Shown: positions 51,425 through 64,000 of the stretch, one piece after another
Layout of the letters: every line of letters starts with the position of its first letter
Numbering within the stretch: the first letter of the stretch is position 1
The notes under the pieces: model-generated
The model's input: only the letters and a program-made list of their open reading frames with translations
Databases searched by the model: none
Told to the model about the DNA's origin: nothing
Source: Vitrella brassicaformis CCMP3155
Taxonomy: Eukaryota > Protista > Chromerida
Reading direction: 5' to 3'
NCBI GenBank assembly: GCA_001179505.1
Contig: CDMY01000897.1
Coordinates: 62,001-126,000 of the forward strand
Length of the DNA stretch: 64,000 nt
Made by a program: the position numbers and the translations under genes

Positions 51425-53022
51425 CCGAGGGAGTGTAGCGTGTGTGCAAGGATTGAGGGAAGGAAACAAGACGAGACGAGGAATGCCAATTTTTCAGACA
51501 AAGTCTGACACACACACACACATACTCACACGGACTGAAGGAGGGACGACGAGCGGGACGTCGTCAGGGATAGACAATATTTTTACCCGTGCGTACCGTA
51601 CCCACATTACATTGTGGCTAGTGCGCATTGTAGGGAATCCAGTGGATGGATGGATGGAGGGATGGAGGGATGTGTGGAGGGAAAAGGCTTTTTAGCGTGC
51701 GTGATGATGGATGTACAGAAGAGGAGGATCCAGAGGATCGGCCCGCCCCTAGGAAAGGTTTTTCCGTCCCCTGCTGGATGGATGCGCATCTGCGTGCTGT
51801 CTGTCTGTCGTCCATGTACGTGTTGTTATCGCTCCCTGGCTGCATGGCCATCGTGAGGGCTTTATGACACGCCATCCATCCATCCATTCATTCACACCCA
51901 CCACATCCACCACGACTCACCCCCAACCCACCCAGTACTCACACCACCCACTTACTTGTCTGTCTGCCTGCCCCCGTCTCGTCTCCTCTCGTTTTCACGC
52001 CGTTGTCACTGTCATTGACCCACGTGTGTGTGCGTGCAGTGTCCTGGTGGTAGGTACGTGGATGTGAATTAACCACTCACACACACAGAGACATACACAC
52101 AGAGGGAGAGAGAGGAGAGAGTGTAGGAGCAAGTCCGTCTATGCGTGTCGTCGTCATCCGTCCTTAGCGTGTTTGGTATGGTAGTAATGGAATGGAATGG
52201 ATGCCTCATTGTCCATCCATGAGCAGCGGTTCCCTTGCTGCACGTCACCCTTTCCAGCTGCTCCACCCGACGGAGCAGCTGACAGACGTGGCCTGCGGGC
52301 AGGCTAACCTTTGCTCATACAGGATGGACGCAGACGAAGGCGCAGACAGAAAGACAATCACCAATCCGCCCACACACGTAGATACAGCGGATTTTTCATC
52401 CGACTGTCTGCCTTTTCCTCTTCGTCTCTCTGTCGCTTGGACGGATTTTTCACACTGAGAGAGGTATGTCCGCGGCCGTCCGTCCGTCCACCTCCCTTTG
52501 TGTGTACGTCGATCTGTCGCCTGATGTGTGTCTCGGAGAGGGGGCGAGGGAGAGAGAAGGGAATCGCAAAGAGAGAGGTGTCAGTAAAGCGGTGATTTGT
52601 CTTCTCGGTCGCCCCGCCATCACGTGAGCTCTCTCTGGTACTCTCTGGGAAGACAGACGCCTCGGGATGGATGGAGATGTACAGACAGCCGCGTGGACTG
52701 GATGGGTCAGTGGAGGGATGTGATGTGATGGGTTGTGTTGGGTTGTGTTGGGTTGTGTTGGGTTGTGTTCGTTGCAGTGTTCGTTGCATGTGTGGCACCG
52801 CGGTACATATGCCGTACGTACGTACCATAGTTAGCGTTGTTTGTGCAGACGGCGCAAGCGATTCAAACAGTGATCGGTGCCATGTGGACAGAGCTTAATT
52901 TTTGGAGATTTGGAACTACCTAACAACTTCTGCATGCAATCATGGGGGCGTCCCACGGGGGCGTCTCAAGAGCGCGGTGATCTGAAAGGTCCTCCTTGAG
53001 CAACGTGATCTGGAGGGCGCAT

Positions 53023-53069
53023 CGCATTGGAAAGGACAGCGCATTGGAAAGGACAGCGCATTGCAAAGG
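53023..53069. repeat. 17-bp tandem repeat (2.8 copies) about 80 bp upstream of the large gene's ATG
   Basis: CGCATTGGAAAGGACAG x2, then CGCATTGCAAAGG. Confidence 0.9.
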
Positions 53070-53150
53070 TCAGCTCATTCTGCTGCTGCTGCTAATGGGG
53101 CTTGTCAGTGGTCATTGCTGCCTTGTCTTTCTTAGACTGAGTGGTCAACC

Positions 53151-56100
53151 ATGGCGGCCATCAGCGGCGGCGTGCAGAACATACTCCGGAGGGCGGGAGA
53201 TCTCGGTCAGCTGCGTGCCACGGGGCAGCTCCTTTTCTCTCTACGGCTGCTCACAGTGTGTGTGCTGTGCTGCCTTGTGTGCAGATGCCAAGTCGGGGAA
53301 GATGTTCGTCTTCGACCAGGTGAGTAAGCATGCAGGCAGGGCATCCTTCTCAACTTCCTGTGTCCGTCCGTTTGTGTCTGCGTCTATCTGTGCACTCTGC
53401 CTGCAGGTGTTCAATTACCTGGAGAACTATCACGAGGAGTACCCGTCCCACCAGCAGCCGTCCGAGCAGGCGGCCAGGGAGCCAGGCGCCAGCCGGGCCT
53501 CGGTGCGCCGGCTGTTCCTCGAGGAGAGCCCCGACCTGTTTGCACGGATGCTGCGCGAATGTCGGCTGGAGGTGTTGCCCTTCGATAGGGACAGCCGGAC
53601 GCTGTACGACTTTCTCAACGACTACCGATTCCTCAAACTCGACACGCAGCCCAACGACCGAACGCTGCAGGTCAGTCGATGTGCGAAGAAAAAGAAAAGC
53701 ACGAAGAGCTGGTACAGGCGATTTTATGTGTGGGCAGGAGCACACACCGTTTGTGTCGAATGGCAAGCTGACGATTGCCTCGAGCGAGGCAGTCGCCATC
53801 AACCTGCCTGAGTTCCACTCAGGCGCCGAACGGAACATCACCTTCTCGTTCCACTTTGCACTCGAGAGCTTCCCCGTCACACAGACGGAGGAAACGCACA
53901 GTAGTGCGACCCCCACAGCTGCCCAACAGACTCCTCAGCAGCAGCAGCAGCCAACCGCCACGGCAGCTCAGTTCGGCCTTTCCTTTGGGCAGACGAGGGT
54001 GTATTTCTCGCCAGAAGGGGAGGAGGGGATCCAGGAGCAGCAGCAACAGCAGCAAAAGACACAGGCGGGCAAGAGAGGGACCTCTGCTGCTGGAGCGGAC
54101 AAGTCTAAGCGGAAGGAAAAAGAGAGGAGTGGGGATGAGGAGGCGGAGAGCGGCCCGATTGTGCAGAGTCAGTTCCGGCAGGTATACTTGCAGGAGGGCA
54201 GCGAGCCTGTGCAGGCCACCAAACTCACATCATTCTCTTTCCTGGAAGGTAAGGTACCTACAGACGCCGATGGATGCGTACGTATGTGTGGGCATGCATC
54301 CTTCGGGTGTGTTGATTGGCTGGCCTGGCAGGGGAGCGCATTCGTTGTGTGGTGAACATCAGCCTGGATGGGCTTTCATACCTGTCTCTATACAAGGCAA
54401 GCAGACCGGCAGGCATTCGGGGAGGGGAGCCAGCCTTCTTTGCACAGACATGTATATTCGTAGTGGTGTGCCTCTGGTCTGTCTGCAGGGTACGAGCAAC
54501 CACTCATCCAATGTCAAGCCCTTCGTGCTGCCCCTCCGACTCAACCGATCGGGATTCTGCCAGTCGGACACACACCACACCAGACAGACATCAGACAAGC
54601 CATCACATGAGCACCCAGACAATGACGTGTGTGGATGTATGTATGGACCTTGTGTGCAGCCCCGCCAATTTGCAGACGTCCTTCGTCACAATCTTCCTGT
54701 CAGGACCTGGTGGGTATGCAAGGGTCGTTTGTGCATGTGCATGTGAATGTCATGGGTTATTGTTTGTCCACGTCTGCGCTGCACACTGTATATACAGGTC
54801 CGAAGGTGGTGTCTCTTGAGAGTTTGGCGTTCTTCCAGACCTATGTTGAGGTCGACTCGTCTCTGCTGGGTACGCTATTCACTTTTGCGAACCGCTACCG
54901 TCTCATGTATGGGTATGTGTACACATCTCTGCATAAGGACAGATCCGATCGACATGTCCGTGAGGGACAGCGCGCTGAAGCTGCTGCATCTGATCGAGCC
55001 CATCCTAAGCCCGGCGACGGGCAAGATCATGCCGCAGACAGAGGGGGCCGACAGCCGCTCGTCGCTCATCCAGTGCGTCATGAAGATACTCACCTCGGGC
55101 ATCACAGACGCAGGTACATACGTGCTTATGCGGGAAGGGTAAGAAAGAAAGTGAGTCACACAAAATGCACAGTGGCATTTGGATGTGGGTGTGGTGTTGC
55201 GGACAGAGTCGGCGACATGCAGCATCCTGAATGAGTTTCAGAAGATTCTGCTCCGGCTGGAGGACAAAGTACAAAAAGGCCTGACTGACACCAGAGATAC
55301 GCACAGGGGGGGATGTGTACATATGTGGCCACCCCACAGGCGACGCTGGGCAGCTACGTGAAGGATCTCATCGACCTGCTACAGCACTTCTGGACTAAGC
55401 ACTCACCCAAGCAGCAAACTACACCTGCTGCCGGTGTGCGCAGAGTGTTCGGCCGCGCGGCCGCGCTGGCCGCCCCTGCTGCTGCGGGGCTGCCCAGAGA
55501 CGATGAAACGAGCACTGAGAAGCGCCGCGTCTCCTCTGCTGTCGGCACTCTCATCCAAATGATCACCGCGCTCGTGGCAGATGATGAAAGACGGTCAGCT
55601 CGACTCGACGCCATCCACATGCACAGCGTCTCTGTTCATGTGTCGCGGGTGGGGTGGATGGCGTGAATGGGTGTGTCCTCAGGTGCACGGAAGCGCTGCG
55701 TTACAACGACAACGCGCTGTTCAATGTGTTTCGTCGCATCTTGGACACGTCGCTGTCGTCTGCCGGTGTGGGCAGCCCGATAGTGCAGCAGGTGGTGGCC
55801 ACACTCTACGCCCTCAACATTGTTGGCAGGCCGCAGAGAGTCGCCGTGCTGGTACGCACGCACAAGGCCTCGTGAATTCCATGGCAAGAAGGCAATCTGA
55901 TTGTTTGTTTGTGTGTATTTGTGCGTGTGTGTGTGTGTGTGTGTGGTGAGCAGGGTGGTCCCATGTCCGAGACCATCTATCTCAATGACGCCAAGCGCGA
56001 AGTGGCCCGACTCACGCAAGGAGTGAGGCAGGCCGTCACAGAGCCCACCATACGTAGACACAGATCACTAGGAACACATGACACAACGGTGGATGCGTAT

Positions 56101-59100
56101 CGATATGCATAGGACGCTGATTCGTTGTTCGGCGGTGCGAGTGCGGCCTTCCCCTCGTATACCATCTCATTTACGCTGGACTTCACCAAACCATTGTCAA
56201 CTGCCCCCGCGGCCATCCCCACCTCAGCCAGCGGCAGCGCACCGCCCGGGACGCTCATGCAGGCCCCGGGGAGAGACAAACAGAAAAAGGAAGAAGGTAT
56301 CCATCCATTAACCCGATCTGATCCAATGCAGAGACAGACAGACAAGGGCTCTCTGCTATTTCTTTCTGTTTGTGTGCTGTGCAGTTGTGGAGGACGCCCG
56401 TGGGTTTCAGGCGCTGCTGGACTGCTCTGCGTGCAACCTGCCGTCTGTGTGGATCAGCTACCAGGACCACCGTGTGTGGGTGCAGGTCCCCACGCAGGAC
56501 GACCACCTCGAGTCGGCCGTCTCGTCCGCCGCTATCGACACCTACACTGCACAAGCCGCGGGACTCATCGTCACCGTGGTCAGTGAGCGATGGATGCACC
56601 CATGTCATCCTGTCTGTGGCTTTGCTCTGGGGGAGCACTTCTTCCGTGTGCTTCGTGTTTGTGTGCAGGTGGTGAACGGGACATCTGTGCAGTTCTACTT
56701 CAACTCTCATGCGCAGCTGACGGCCCAGCCCTTGCGGCTGACAGCCTTTGCCAAGCCAGTGCACGAGGGCGCCATCTACTCAGGCAGACACATCGACATC
56801 AGAGGCACGCAGGACACACGCACACACACACACACACCCAAGGGACATGACCCTCCCTCTCTGTGTGGGTGCAGGACCGAATCCCTTTGAAGGTCGTCTG
56901 GTCAACATCCGACTGTTCCCCAGGTCAGCCGAGACGACACGCATCAGGTTGGCCGTTGTCGGCCGATGTGTCACGTCCCTATCTCACACACATACAGGGC
57001 GTTTGCCAAGCACGAGGTCGAGAGTTTGGTTCGGTCGAGCAAGCGTGATCTGCAGAGCATCAAGACCAAAGAGGGAGCCGGCAAGGGCAGGCGCAGAATT
57101 GGCAAACAAGAGACCGCCGATGCCGACCTGGTCACCGAAGACGAGCAGGAACAAGAACCGTCCACCGACCAGGAATGTATGTTAGTTTTAAAACATGGAG
57201 ACATACGCATAACATATGACACCCACATCTGCCCTCGGTGTTCGTGCAGCGTCTCAGAATATTTTGGAGGTGACGCAGCTGCTGGCGTTGTTTGTGGAGC
57301 GCACCTTTGCCCCCGCCCGGCACAAGAAGAGCCGCGCCATCACGAACCTGAGGTTGCAGCAATGGATGCTCCTCGACCTGGTCAACTCAACCACAGACAC
57401 ACAGACCCGGAGCCGCGCAGATATGTGTTTTGGACTGCAATGTTGCAATGCCTGTGTGTGCGGGCTGCAGGGTTTGTGTTCTCTGTATGTGCCTACCACC
57501 CACCCTGCTTATGGGGACCTCGTGCGCCAGCCATTCGACCAAACACTCAAAATGGTCGGTCAGCCGTGTAGCCAGCCGAAATGTGTCCCCATATTTCTGC
57601 GTGCATGTGTTTGTGTGCTGTCAGATAGGTGTGATGCTGGATCGTGAGGAGCTTGTAGAGGAGGCTGCCATGGGTGTGCTGCCGCCCGAGGAGCAGTCGG
57701 TGATCCTCGCGGCGTCCGTGTTCGTCGCACAGATCCTCAAATCACCCAGAGGTGCAGACAGACAGACACGCTTCACACTCATGGATGTGATGTGTATTCA
57801 TGTGATATGTATGTGTGCGTTTCCAGGCAAGCAGATCTTGGTGCAGGACGACACTGTGGCCACGACGGTCGTGAAGATCATACCCTTCAGGTACGTGCAC
57901 ACACTGTGTGGGGCCGCAGGATGCACAACATTGGCAGGCACCAACAACCGTCTGTCTGGCCTGTGTGTCTGCATGCAGCGAGATCCCGATCGATTTGCAG
58001 GAGTATGTGTCGCGGCAGCTAGAGGCCCTCTCTGTCAAAATGTGTGTTGTGCTCCTGCACGCAAACCAGACCCTCGCCACAACCGTAAGCTCCACACACG
58101 TGTGCGTGTGCGTCAATGTCACGGCGCCGTCCGGTTCTATCTATTCAGACGTTGGTGATGCAAGCTTTGGTGAAGCGGATCTTCAACGAGCAGGGGCTGA
58201 TATACAAGGAGGACCTGCAGGAGATACTCGTCAACAGAGGACTACTCGCGCTTGAGAGACTGCTCGTTGAGGCCGGGGGCGACACCGTCGTAGACGACAC
58301 AACCGCGCCCGGCGAGTCCGAAGGTGAGCACAATAACCGTGGCGACACGACGGACGGATGCAGGAGTATAATTTCTCGCTCACTGTCTGCTCGTCAGGTC
58401 TTCTTGGGTGTGTCCGTCGTGTGTATCGTCAGCTGCACACACAGCTGCACCATGTTGTCGATGAGCTCGTGCGCGGCCTGCCGCTGGACCCACACACGGT
58501 GTCCTCACTGAGCCGGCTCGTCAACACATCGGCGGGTGTACCGTTCGTAAGCAAGAAAGGCCACACGCACCAGCACAGTTGTGTGGGTGAGGTGGACGAC
58601 CATTGTCTGTCTATGTTGCTGTCAGAACATGTATTTCCCGGCGGAGAGCACCAAGCTGACGCGTCTGCCTGAGAGTGATGGTGGGAAGAGTTAGATAGAC
58701 AGACAGACACGTGAATGCAGACCACTCAGCGAGTGTCCCCTGTCTATATGCAGATCCCCTGACGGCCTACGAGATGATGCAGCCGGTCAATGTCCCCACG
58801 GCCAAAATGCTACAGGTAGTACACACAAGAGACAGACACCTTTCATGTGTGGCGACTCACCTCATGTCATGCGCGCCCTCCATTCATGGGCGCTGATGCT
58901 GCAGGTGTATTCGTATCGGTACTACCCCCTGTCGTATCGTGTCCGTGAGTGGAAGGGCGCCCGGCTGCGTGTGAGCGACAGCATCTCGTTGCGCGACGCG
59001 CAGACGGCTGCCTCGCCCGCCATAGAGGAGGGGGGCTACACGGCAACCAATAGTGTCTACATTCACATACAGGGCAGCAGGCACCACACCAAAGTCGACC

Positions 59101-62100
59101 TTGAGGTAACCTACTTACCGTGGACACATTTGGAAACTGCACATGTCTATTGAGTGTATGTGCATATTTCTGTCTCAGGTCCGCATTCGTCCAATTCATG
59201 AGCCTCCCTTGTGTCCGCAGAAGACCGTGCAGTTCCTCACGGCACCGGAACGGATTGTGCCATACTGCCTGTTCCTGCTGAGGTCATCCAAGTTCGCACA
59301 CATGCCGGAGGTGTGGGCCAACGCAGCCCTGCTGCTGTCTGCCACAGCAATCGACGTGACCACAAACAGAGAGAGAGGCACGGAAAACGGCCGCCAACAA
59401 TCGCTTTGTGTTGCAGCGTAACGACCCCGACATGGTAGCGCGTCACCTGTCGTCCCTCGTGCGGTCCGCTCTCTTGTCCGACTGGAACTGTCGGACGATC
59501 TGCATCGAAGTACTTCATAAGTAAGATGCATCCTCGCCATTCATCCATCCATTAATCCATTCATCCATCCATGTCAATGTTGGCCTCACTCAGAGTGTTG
59601 TACCCCGATCGCCACTTGATGCCCCTGCTGATGGCCGCGGCCATCTCCACGAAGACCCCGCAGGAGCACAGGGCAGACCTGGTGCGGCTCACAGCCAGGA
59701 TAGGCCATCCATCCTTCACACCCGACGAAGGATTCGCTGAGTTCCTCGCAATCACTCGTAGCGCCGACATGCGCGTCTTTGGCGCTCCACCCGAAGGCAA
59801 GTGCGTCGACAAAATGTTGAGACATATTATGACAGGTCGTGTTTTCAAGTGCAGGCAGTGTCATCAGCGTAGGATCCGGTGAGTTTGAGGGTTGGGTGAT
59901 CCAGCCGGGCAGCCAGGAGCACGGCGAGCTCGTGAGGAGCCTCACCATTCCCGAGTCCGGCGCATTTGCCCGTGCCCAGCCGGCGGGTGTGGCGACCATC
60001 CTGCTGGCACAAGTCATGGGCGCCGCGGAGGACCTGCAGCTGGCCGCTGTAGAGCTCACAGAACAGGTAGGCATAGCGTGGTCTATATGGTACACACAAC
60101 GGCGATACTGCTTGCACAGGTCATATTGCGTGACGACGAGTCGCTGTCGCGGCTTGTGTCTGAGGTCAAAGACAAGCAAGGGGCACTGCTACCGAATGGC
60201 ACGATATTCAAGGTAGGTATCATACATACTGTACTGGCTGACGTGCGGGGAGTCTGTCCATATCCGTTTTACAGGTGTGGAAGGCCCTCTGCGACCTACT
60301 CGCCAGCAAGAATGACGCGCTGAGGGTAAACACAAAAGGCGGAAACTGTGGCGTACACAACGAACGTGCTTTGACGTTGTCGCTTTGCAGGCGTCGTCTG
60401 CCCGTCTGCTGCACAGCATGTACACCCGCAGGCCCGCGCAGACTCTGTCACTGTTCGCGCCTCCGAGAGACATCAACCTGTGGATCCTCCCGAAGCTTGT
60501 CAGTGGGCAACCAGAGAGACTACACTCGTCTCAGGCCATCCCGTATCAACGTATCTTCCTGCTGTTGTGCCTGCAGCTGGGCTGCTTGGGTCATCCTGAC
60601 GACAACACAGTGACTGACGTGCTGGAGATCCTCTCGCCACTCGCAGAGGAGCAGGGAGGTCCGTGGAATGAATGACACAAGCGTCCGTGAGACGGATGTG
60701 GCGAACTCACGGTCCCTGTCTGCTTGTTCACAGGCAAGGAGCTGGTGCTGGGCAAGAAACCAAAGGCCGAGTGAGCAACGGCACCGACACAGAGACCGAC
60801 AGTGACGCGACTCCGCCCCGTCACGTCTGCTTGCAGGGTGCTTGTGGAGCTGATCAAAACCATCCGGCCTAACTTCATCCTCAGCGCAATGGAATGGAAG
60901 GTATATGCCTAACCACCACGGGGCAGCCCGTTCTCTCGGTGTGTGTTGTCAGGCGTCTGTGCGCAACTTCATCTTGACAATAGTGTTGCACGAGAAGGTG
61001 CTGACGGAGCTAACCACGTCCTCTGACCTGGTGGACGAGTTCTGGGAGGTCGTCGTGCAAGTCCTCAGGGTTGGTGACAAAAACACCCGCTCACAGACAT
61101 ATCGGTGGACGAATGATTGCTTGCCAGACGGGAGGCGTGACGGGGCAGTCGTTTGTGTCCAAGACCCTTCAGTCACTGTCCACTCTCGCCGGCAAACGGG
61201 CCTCTCAGTCCAGAGACCTCACCATGGTCGAAAGCGTATGCTCCAAACGAGGTCAGTGGGACACGGGAATGATGCGGCGGAGAGGCTCCCTCTTCATGTG
61301 CATGTTACCGCTTCAGTGCTCGTGCCTCTTGTGACGCATCTGTCGACCATCCCTGAGAGGGCCGGCAAGCAAGCCAGCGGCGCATCTGCCATGGTGAGCG
61401 AGTGACCCCGTACATATGAGCGCGATGTAACACACACGCCTGCACTCATGTGTTTGGCCAGGCGTTTGTCCCCGACGAGATATTGAAACTGCTCCGTTTC
61501 GTGCCGACGACGAGGCAGACGGAGATCCTCTCGGACATCCTCGAGAGCCTCCTCACGCAGCCAGGACAGAGCGAGAACACCAGCATCAAGGCCTATTGTG
61601 CGCGCATCCTGCTGGTGTATTTCTCGTCTGCTCTCGTGCGGCCCTTCCAAGCCCAGTGGTTCAACAAATCCACAGAAGAGGGCGGCATCGACCTGGCACC
61701 GCTGCAAGTAATACCACATGTGTCTCATCCGTGTGTGTCTCGTGTGTGTATGGCCTCGACCCTCCACAGATCTCTGTTCCCGGCGTGGCAAGTCTCCGTA
61801 TCCGGCTCGAGTCACGGAAGATGGGTGGCGGTCTGTGTCCCCTGGTGTCGACTCAGAGCAAGGAGGCGGCGGTGTCTCAGGAGAAGGCCGAGCATCGGCT
61901 GATGAACCTCAATCAGAGCACACCCGACATTTCGTTTGCCGCAGAGTTCCACAACGTGACCACCGGCACCGTGTGGCTCGGTGTGGAGAAGCAGCTGGTG
62001 TCGACCAAGGGAGGTGAGGAGTTCTGGGTCAAGATTGTGCCCGCGTTCCTCTTCGAGAAGATCAGTCTCGACGCCGTCAACTCCTTCCTCAAGTCCGGGC

Positions 62101-64000
62101 ACTTCAACAAAATCGTCGGCCTGCTTGTGCAAGGTAGGTGGCCTTTCCAACAATCCGCCGAAGCCACAAACGGCAGCAAAGCATTTGTGACTGTCCAACA
62201 GGCAAGGATAATCGGTTCCGCGCGTCATCGTCCGTGCTGTACAGTCTGAGTTGGCTGCACGGCGTCATAGCCAACAGCAACATGACCGAAGAGCTGCCCG
62301 AGTTCGACCCTGCTAATGTCGACCTGCTGCCGTTGCTGCGGCTCACACGCACTCTTGTGCAGAAGTGCGCCACGCTGAGGCCCGATGCCAAAGAGTTGGA
62401 ACTCATGAGGGAGCATCTGTCAATCACTGAGGTACAGAATGGTTGATGATGAGAAGTGATGGCTTCCGTCAAATTCGTTTGTATGTGTCATCGTGTCACC
62501 AGAGAACTCTCTATCGCCTGGCCCAGATATCCAAGTTCCGGACAGCCCTTCTTGGCGGAGAGGACTGGGAGAACCTTCCCCTCTTGCTCGAGATCCTGCA
62601 GCACCGCCTCACACCCGAATGGATCGCAGCCATGACGCGACTGCTGGCAGTCCTGCAAGACCATGACCCTGCCAGCGTCCCGTCTGTCTTTTCAGCGCTT
62701 CTCCTGTACGTCCCCGAGAGGGCAGAACTGATGAGTGCCAACCGTGCCACCGCAGTTGGGCACGTGCTGAATGCCTATGGCCGTCTGTTGGAGGAAGGCC
62801 TCATCCCCACGTTTCTCGAAACGTTCCGGCGGGGTGGCTTCACGAGTGTGACGGGATCAGGCCCCATGTCAAGTGCGCTCAGGGGAGCCGTCGACAGCAC
62901 GAAGCGGTCTGACGTGAGCCACGTTGTAAACATGCTCACGTTCCAGGAGGACACGGCCGTGCGGGCCAGCTGTCTTCGAGTGCTGCGGGCGCTGGGCACA
63001 CGGAGATACCGCGAGCAGCCGATTCTATCTATCTGCCGCCTGCACAACCTGTCGATGCAAAACGCAGCCGCCAGCTTCGCAGCAGCCAAGAATCAGACGG
63101 GCGAGGGACTTCCATCTGCCGGCCTGGCATACCCCCTTCCGTCTGAGTGCCTGGTCATGCCTCCCTTCGCCTACTCTGTGTGGGTCTACCCCGTGCAGCC
63201 CATCACCCAGGCCGTCAAGTCGCAGTTCGTCTTTACTCACGTGTCAGACTCGCATGCAACCTGGCCAATCAGCCTCGTCGTGACACCCATCGGCACTCTG
63301 GGGGTCCGGATCGGCCCCGAGTCGGCGCCGAGCGGCCGCACAGAGCTGGTGGTTAGGGAACTGCAGTGGTCGCATCTCGTGCTGGTCGTGGAGCGCAAGA
63401 AGGCCGTCGCGTACGTCAACGGCATCAAGGCGTGCGAGGCCCACCTAGCAGCGCAGGATGCTCAATCTGACATCTCTTCGACTCAGACCGCACGGACGTC
63501 GAGAAGATTAGGGGGCGTGTGCTATGTTGGAGTCCCTCCACCGGATGTGGTGGGTTTCAGCACGGCGAACTGGTTCTTTCCGGGATACGTCTATAGGCTG
63601 ACATACCATGATGAAGGGCTCGCGGCGCAGGTACACGAAAAACGAAAGAATGCATGACTTCGGGAAGCTTGCCAACATCACTTGTCCTGTCTCTCTCACA
63701 GGACGTCGAACAGATCTACGACATGTCAGTAGCCAACACGTCAAGCCTGCCGTCCGCCGAGGAGCTCGAGGCCCTCGAAGGCCATCGCCGCACCCTCACC
63801 TTCCCCAGTCATCGATTCCTGCCCAACCCACTCTACTATGTCACATCCAGCGACTCGTGGGACCAGCTCAGCCCAGTCATCAGAGACACGCTAGCGTCGC
63901 GAGCTCATTTGACTGACGAAGGGAGAAGCGGCCCCATAGCTGAGCTGCGAAGAGAGGGCGGCGGGCTGTTTGCAACGCTTCTGGACCTCGAGAAGCAGAT
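53151..64000 (+). CDS. Very large multi-exon protein, mostly helical, with a LamG/ConA-like domain near the window end; incomplete at 3'
   Basis: MAAISGGVQNILRRAGDL start, followed by more than 20 GT-AG exons with consistent coding character. 63150-63460 reads FAYSVWVYP...WSHLVLVVERKKAVAYVNG, the LamG-type SxW / WxHxxxV / YVNG pattern. Confidence 0.7.

Noticed and set aside
52730-52769. (GGGTTGTGTT)4 as a telomere-like repeat
   Set aside because: It does not match TTAGGG/TTTAGGG and is a short simple repeat like many others here.

Overview
GC-rich, intron-dense eukaryotic genomic DNA. The short GT-AG introns full of (GT)n/(CA)n/(GA)n microsatellites, a plastid-type GGPP synthase, a CDPK-like kinase relic and an intronless ankyrin-family gene point to a chromerid alveolate such as Vitrella; this is inference, not a database result. 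Apparently intact genes, in order: the 3' part of a hypothetical protein (+), a 4-TM protein with a very long low-complexity tail (-), an RRM+KH RNA-binding protein (+), MSH2 (+), a GH35 beta-galactosidase-like type I membrane protein with altered catalytic motifs (-), an intronless ankyrin-repeat protein (+), a GT34 glycosyltransferase (-), a Nab2/ZC3H14-like PWI+CCCH protein (+), GGPPS (+), and a >10.8 kb gene with a LamG-like domain that runs off the window (+). There is a 300-N assembly gap at 13563-13862. The most unusual structure is two damaged, chimeric loci (about 22.2-25.2 kb on +, about 49.1-40.6 kb on -). They share a ~420-bp 5' module (upstream sequence plus a signal-peptide-like exon, with homology ending at the splice donor) and a ~65-bp 3' module that reads as a TM-like segment, but enclose unrelated cargo. 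One holds a frameshifted atypical kinase plus an exon fragment copied from the gene at 7 kb. The other holds a frameshifted ClpB/Hsp100 with a CDPK-like pseudokinase nested inside it. A stand-alone NOT1 C-terminal fragment lies next to the first locus. All exon structures were read by eye, so boundaries are approximate.
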